Shown one piece after another: positions 62,561-64,000 of a stretch of 64,000 bases of DNA. Both the position numbers and the translations under genes were made by a program. The stretch covers positions 119,290,001 to 119,354,000 of the forward strand of contig NC_087437.1 of assembly GCF_036321535.1 (NCBI RefSeq), read 5' to 3'. The stretch is from Camelus dromedarius (lineage: Eukaryota). The notes under the pieces are model-generated. The model ran no database searches, had not been told where the DNA came from, and worked only from the letters and a program-made list of their open reading frames with translations. Each line of letters starts with the position of its first letter. Positions within the stretch are counted from its first letter, which is position 1.

Positions 62561-62699
62561 TTCTCCCGCCAGCTCGCCATGATAAGGTAAGAGGATGCTT
62601 TGTACTTGATGGAAGGAGTCAGATTCGGGGCTGAAATGTGTTTCCTACGTAACAGTGAGATGCGACCCAGCGATGCAGCCAGGCGGTGGGGTACTCACC

Positions 62700-62810
62700 T
62701 TTCCTAAGAGATGCCATCTGCCTGGAGGGAGAATGGGCTGTGACACGCAGGTGCCCCAAGGGACACGGCCGTGGCGGTGGCAGGTGTTTACGAGCGGGCA
62801 TAAGGGACTG
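62700..62810 (+). promoter_or_regulatory. UMODL1: Putative UMODL1 proximal promoter (O/E-EBF-like site and bHLH E-boxes)
   Basis: GTGCCCCAAGGGACAC (62751-62766), CATCTG (62715-62720), CAGGTG (62748-62753 and 62781-62786), 170-250 bp upstream of the ATG. Confidence 0.45.
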
Positions 62811-62953
62811 CTCCCGGCGAGCGCACCTTCTGAAGCCACTGCCACGGTCGGCGACGCAAGGGAAAATCAGGACCTTGTCTCTGGGCCCAGGCGGCCCAGG
62901 TACCTTTGTGCTGCCGCTCAGGAGAGGCCCAGAGCCACCGCCACCGCCCGGCC

Positions 62954-63029
62954 ATGCTCAGGACCCTCGGGCTGGCCCTGCTGGCCGTGGTCAGCGCCGT
63001 GGGCCCCACCCTGGCCAGCGGCTTCACAG
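62954..63029 (+). CDS. UMODL1: UMODL1 (uromodulin-like 1 / olfactorin) first coding exon, signal peptide; gene continues beyond the window
   Basis: GCCATGC start; translates MLRTLGLALLAVVSAVGPTLASGFT plus 1 nt, matching the recalled human UMODL1 N-terminus MLRTSGLALLALVSAVGPSQASGFTE; 76 nt, phase-1 donor CAG|GTAAGG. Confidence 0.93.
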
Positions 63030-64000
63030 GTAAGGAGTCTGGGCTCAGGGTGTGGGATGCTGGAGGAGCGAGGGGCTCCCGGGGAGCGGGTCTCCTGGGG
63101 ACAGAGGCCCTGCCGAGAGCTGGGCTGGCAAAGATGCATCTGCTTTGAGAGCCAGGGTCTGGGCCAAACTTGCTCGTATCCAGCAAAGAGGTGGTGGGAC
63201 CGTCTCCGAATCCCCTGGGGGTCGGTGGGGTGCGAATGCAGATCCTGAGTCAGCAGGGCTCGGGTGGCCTAGGACTCTGCATTTCTGCTGGTGTTGCAGA
63301 TGCTGCAGGCCTCGGGCCGTGCAGAGAGTGGTGAATTCCTGGAGACTCAGAGTCGAGGTCTCTGCAGCCTTGGCGTATTACTCTCCAGCTTCCAGATAAG
63401 CGGAGGGAGGCCCAGAGTGGTCAGGGACTCGCCCAAGGCCGCACGGCTGGCAGAGGGCAGATTCCACCGGGGCGGCCCCTGCCGTTGACCCTGGCTAAGT
63501 CTGCCTTTCGCCTGCCTGGGAGGTGGAATCCCGAAGTGGGCTCTCACGCCCAGCCCTGCTTCCTCACATTTCCACGGGGGCAGAGGGGGCCAGTACACGT
63601 CCAAGGCCTTTGAGAGGCACGTGTCAGCTGCTAAAAACACATCAGATTTCTGAAGCACCAGATTTCTGAGCATTGAGGTTACAAATCTTTTAAATCATTT
63701 TCCTCTTGAAATCTGACTTCTGCAATTGGAAATTCAAACAGATCCATTCTGTGCCTGCAAGCAACTTCAATTTTGTCCTAGTTTAACGTTTTTTTTTCAC
63801 CCATAAATAGGATTTTGTGATTTTTTAAAATTAATTGTGATTTTTTTCAACTTGATTTTTCCTTTGGAATATGAATAATGTGTAAACCCTACAGCTCAGT
63901 GGCAGAGCAAAGGGGAAAGTCTGGAAGCGGGGAACTCTCGGGAGGAAGTTCGTGCACCGGTGAGGACACTGCAGCGCCACTCGGGGGTCCGTTGGGGCCA

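Noticed and set aside
62655..63248. ORFs 62655..63248 and 62906..63148 as complete genes
   Set aside because: Only 62954-63029 is coding (UMODL1 exon 1); the rest is UTR/intron read-through or another frame.
1..64000. Foreign (prokaryotic/viral) insert, chimeric join, or novel multi-gene system
   Set aside because: The same SINE and L1 families recur along the window, gene spacing fits the expected synteny, and no gene-dense or operon-like segment or ERV gag/pol/env coding region was seen.

Overview
Mammalian DNA, probably camelid: it carries Vic-1-like tRNA-derived SINEs and artiodactyl-type L1 3' ends. It is most likely the ~60 kb interval between two divergently oriented genes, orthologous to human 21q22.3. 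On the left is the CpG-island promoter and non-coding first exon of ZBTB21 (ZNF295), minus strand, ~2.9-3.0 kb. On the right is the signal-peptide first coding exon of UMODL1 (olfactorin), plus strand, 62954-63029. The rest is largely intergenic and rich in MaLR/ERV solo LTRs, L1, L2, MIR, hAT elements, SINEs and microsatellites, with several nested insertions that keep their target-site duplications (TSDs). Almost all ORFs in the supplied track are GC-rich noise. The most notable non-obvious signals are: (i) a decayed Tigger/pogo (JRK/TIGD-like) transposase directly upstream of and head-to-head with UMODL1 exon 1; (ii) A/T-to-G/C biased divergence of repeat copies in the right half, suggesting GC-biased gene conversion; (iii) two overlapping uORFs in the ZBTB21 first exon; (iv) an exact 15-bp-period AGGTCA array and a 22-23-bp GCAGGTCTGG array; (v) an O/E(EBF) plus E-box cluster at the UMODL1 promoter. 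I found no convincing new multi-gene system. Gene and repeat-family names come from recall of known sequences, not database searches, and boundaries of old repeats are approximate.
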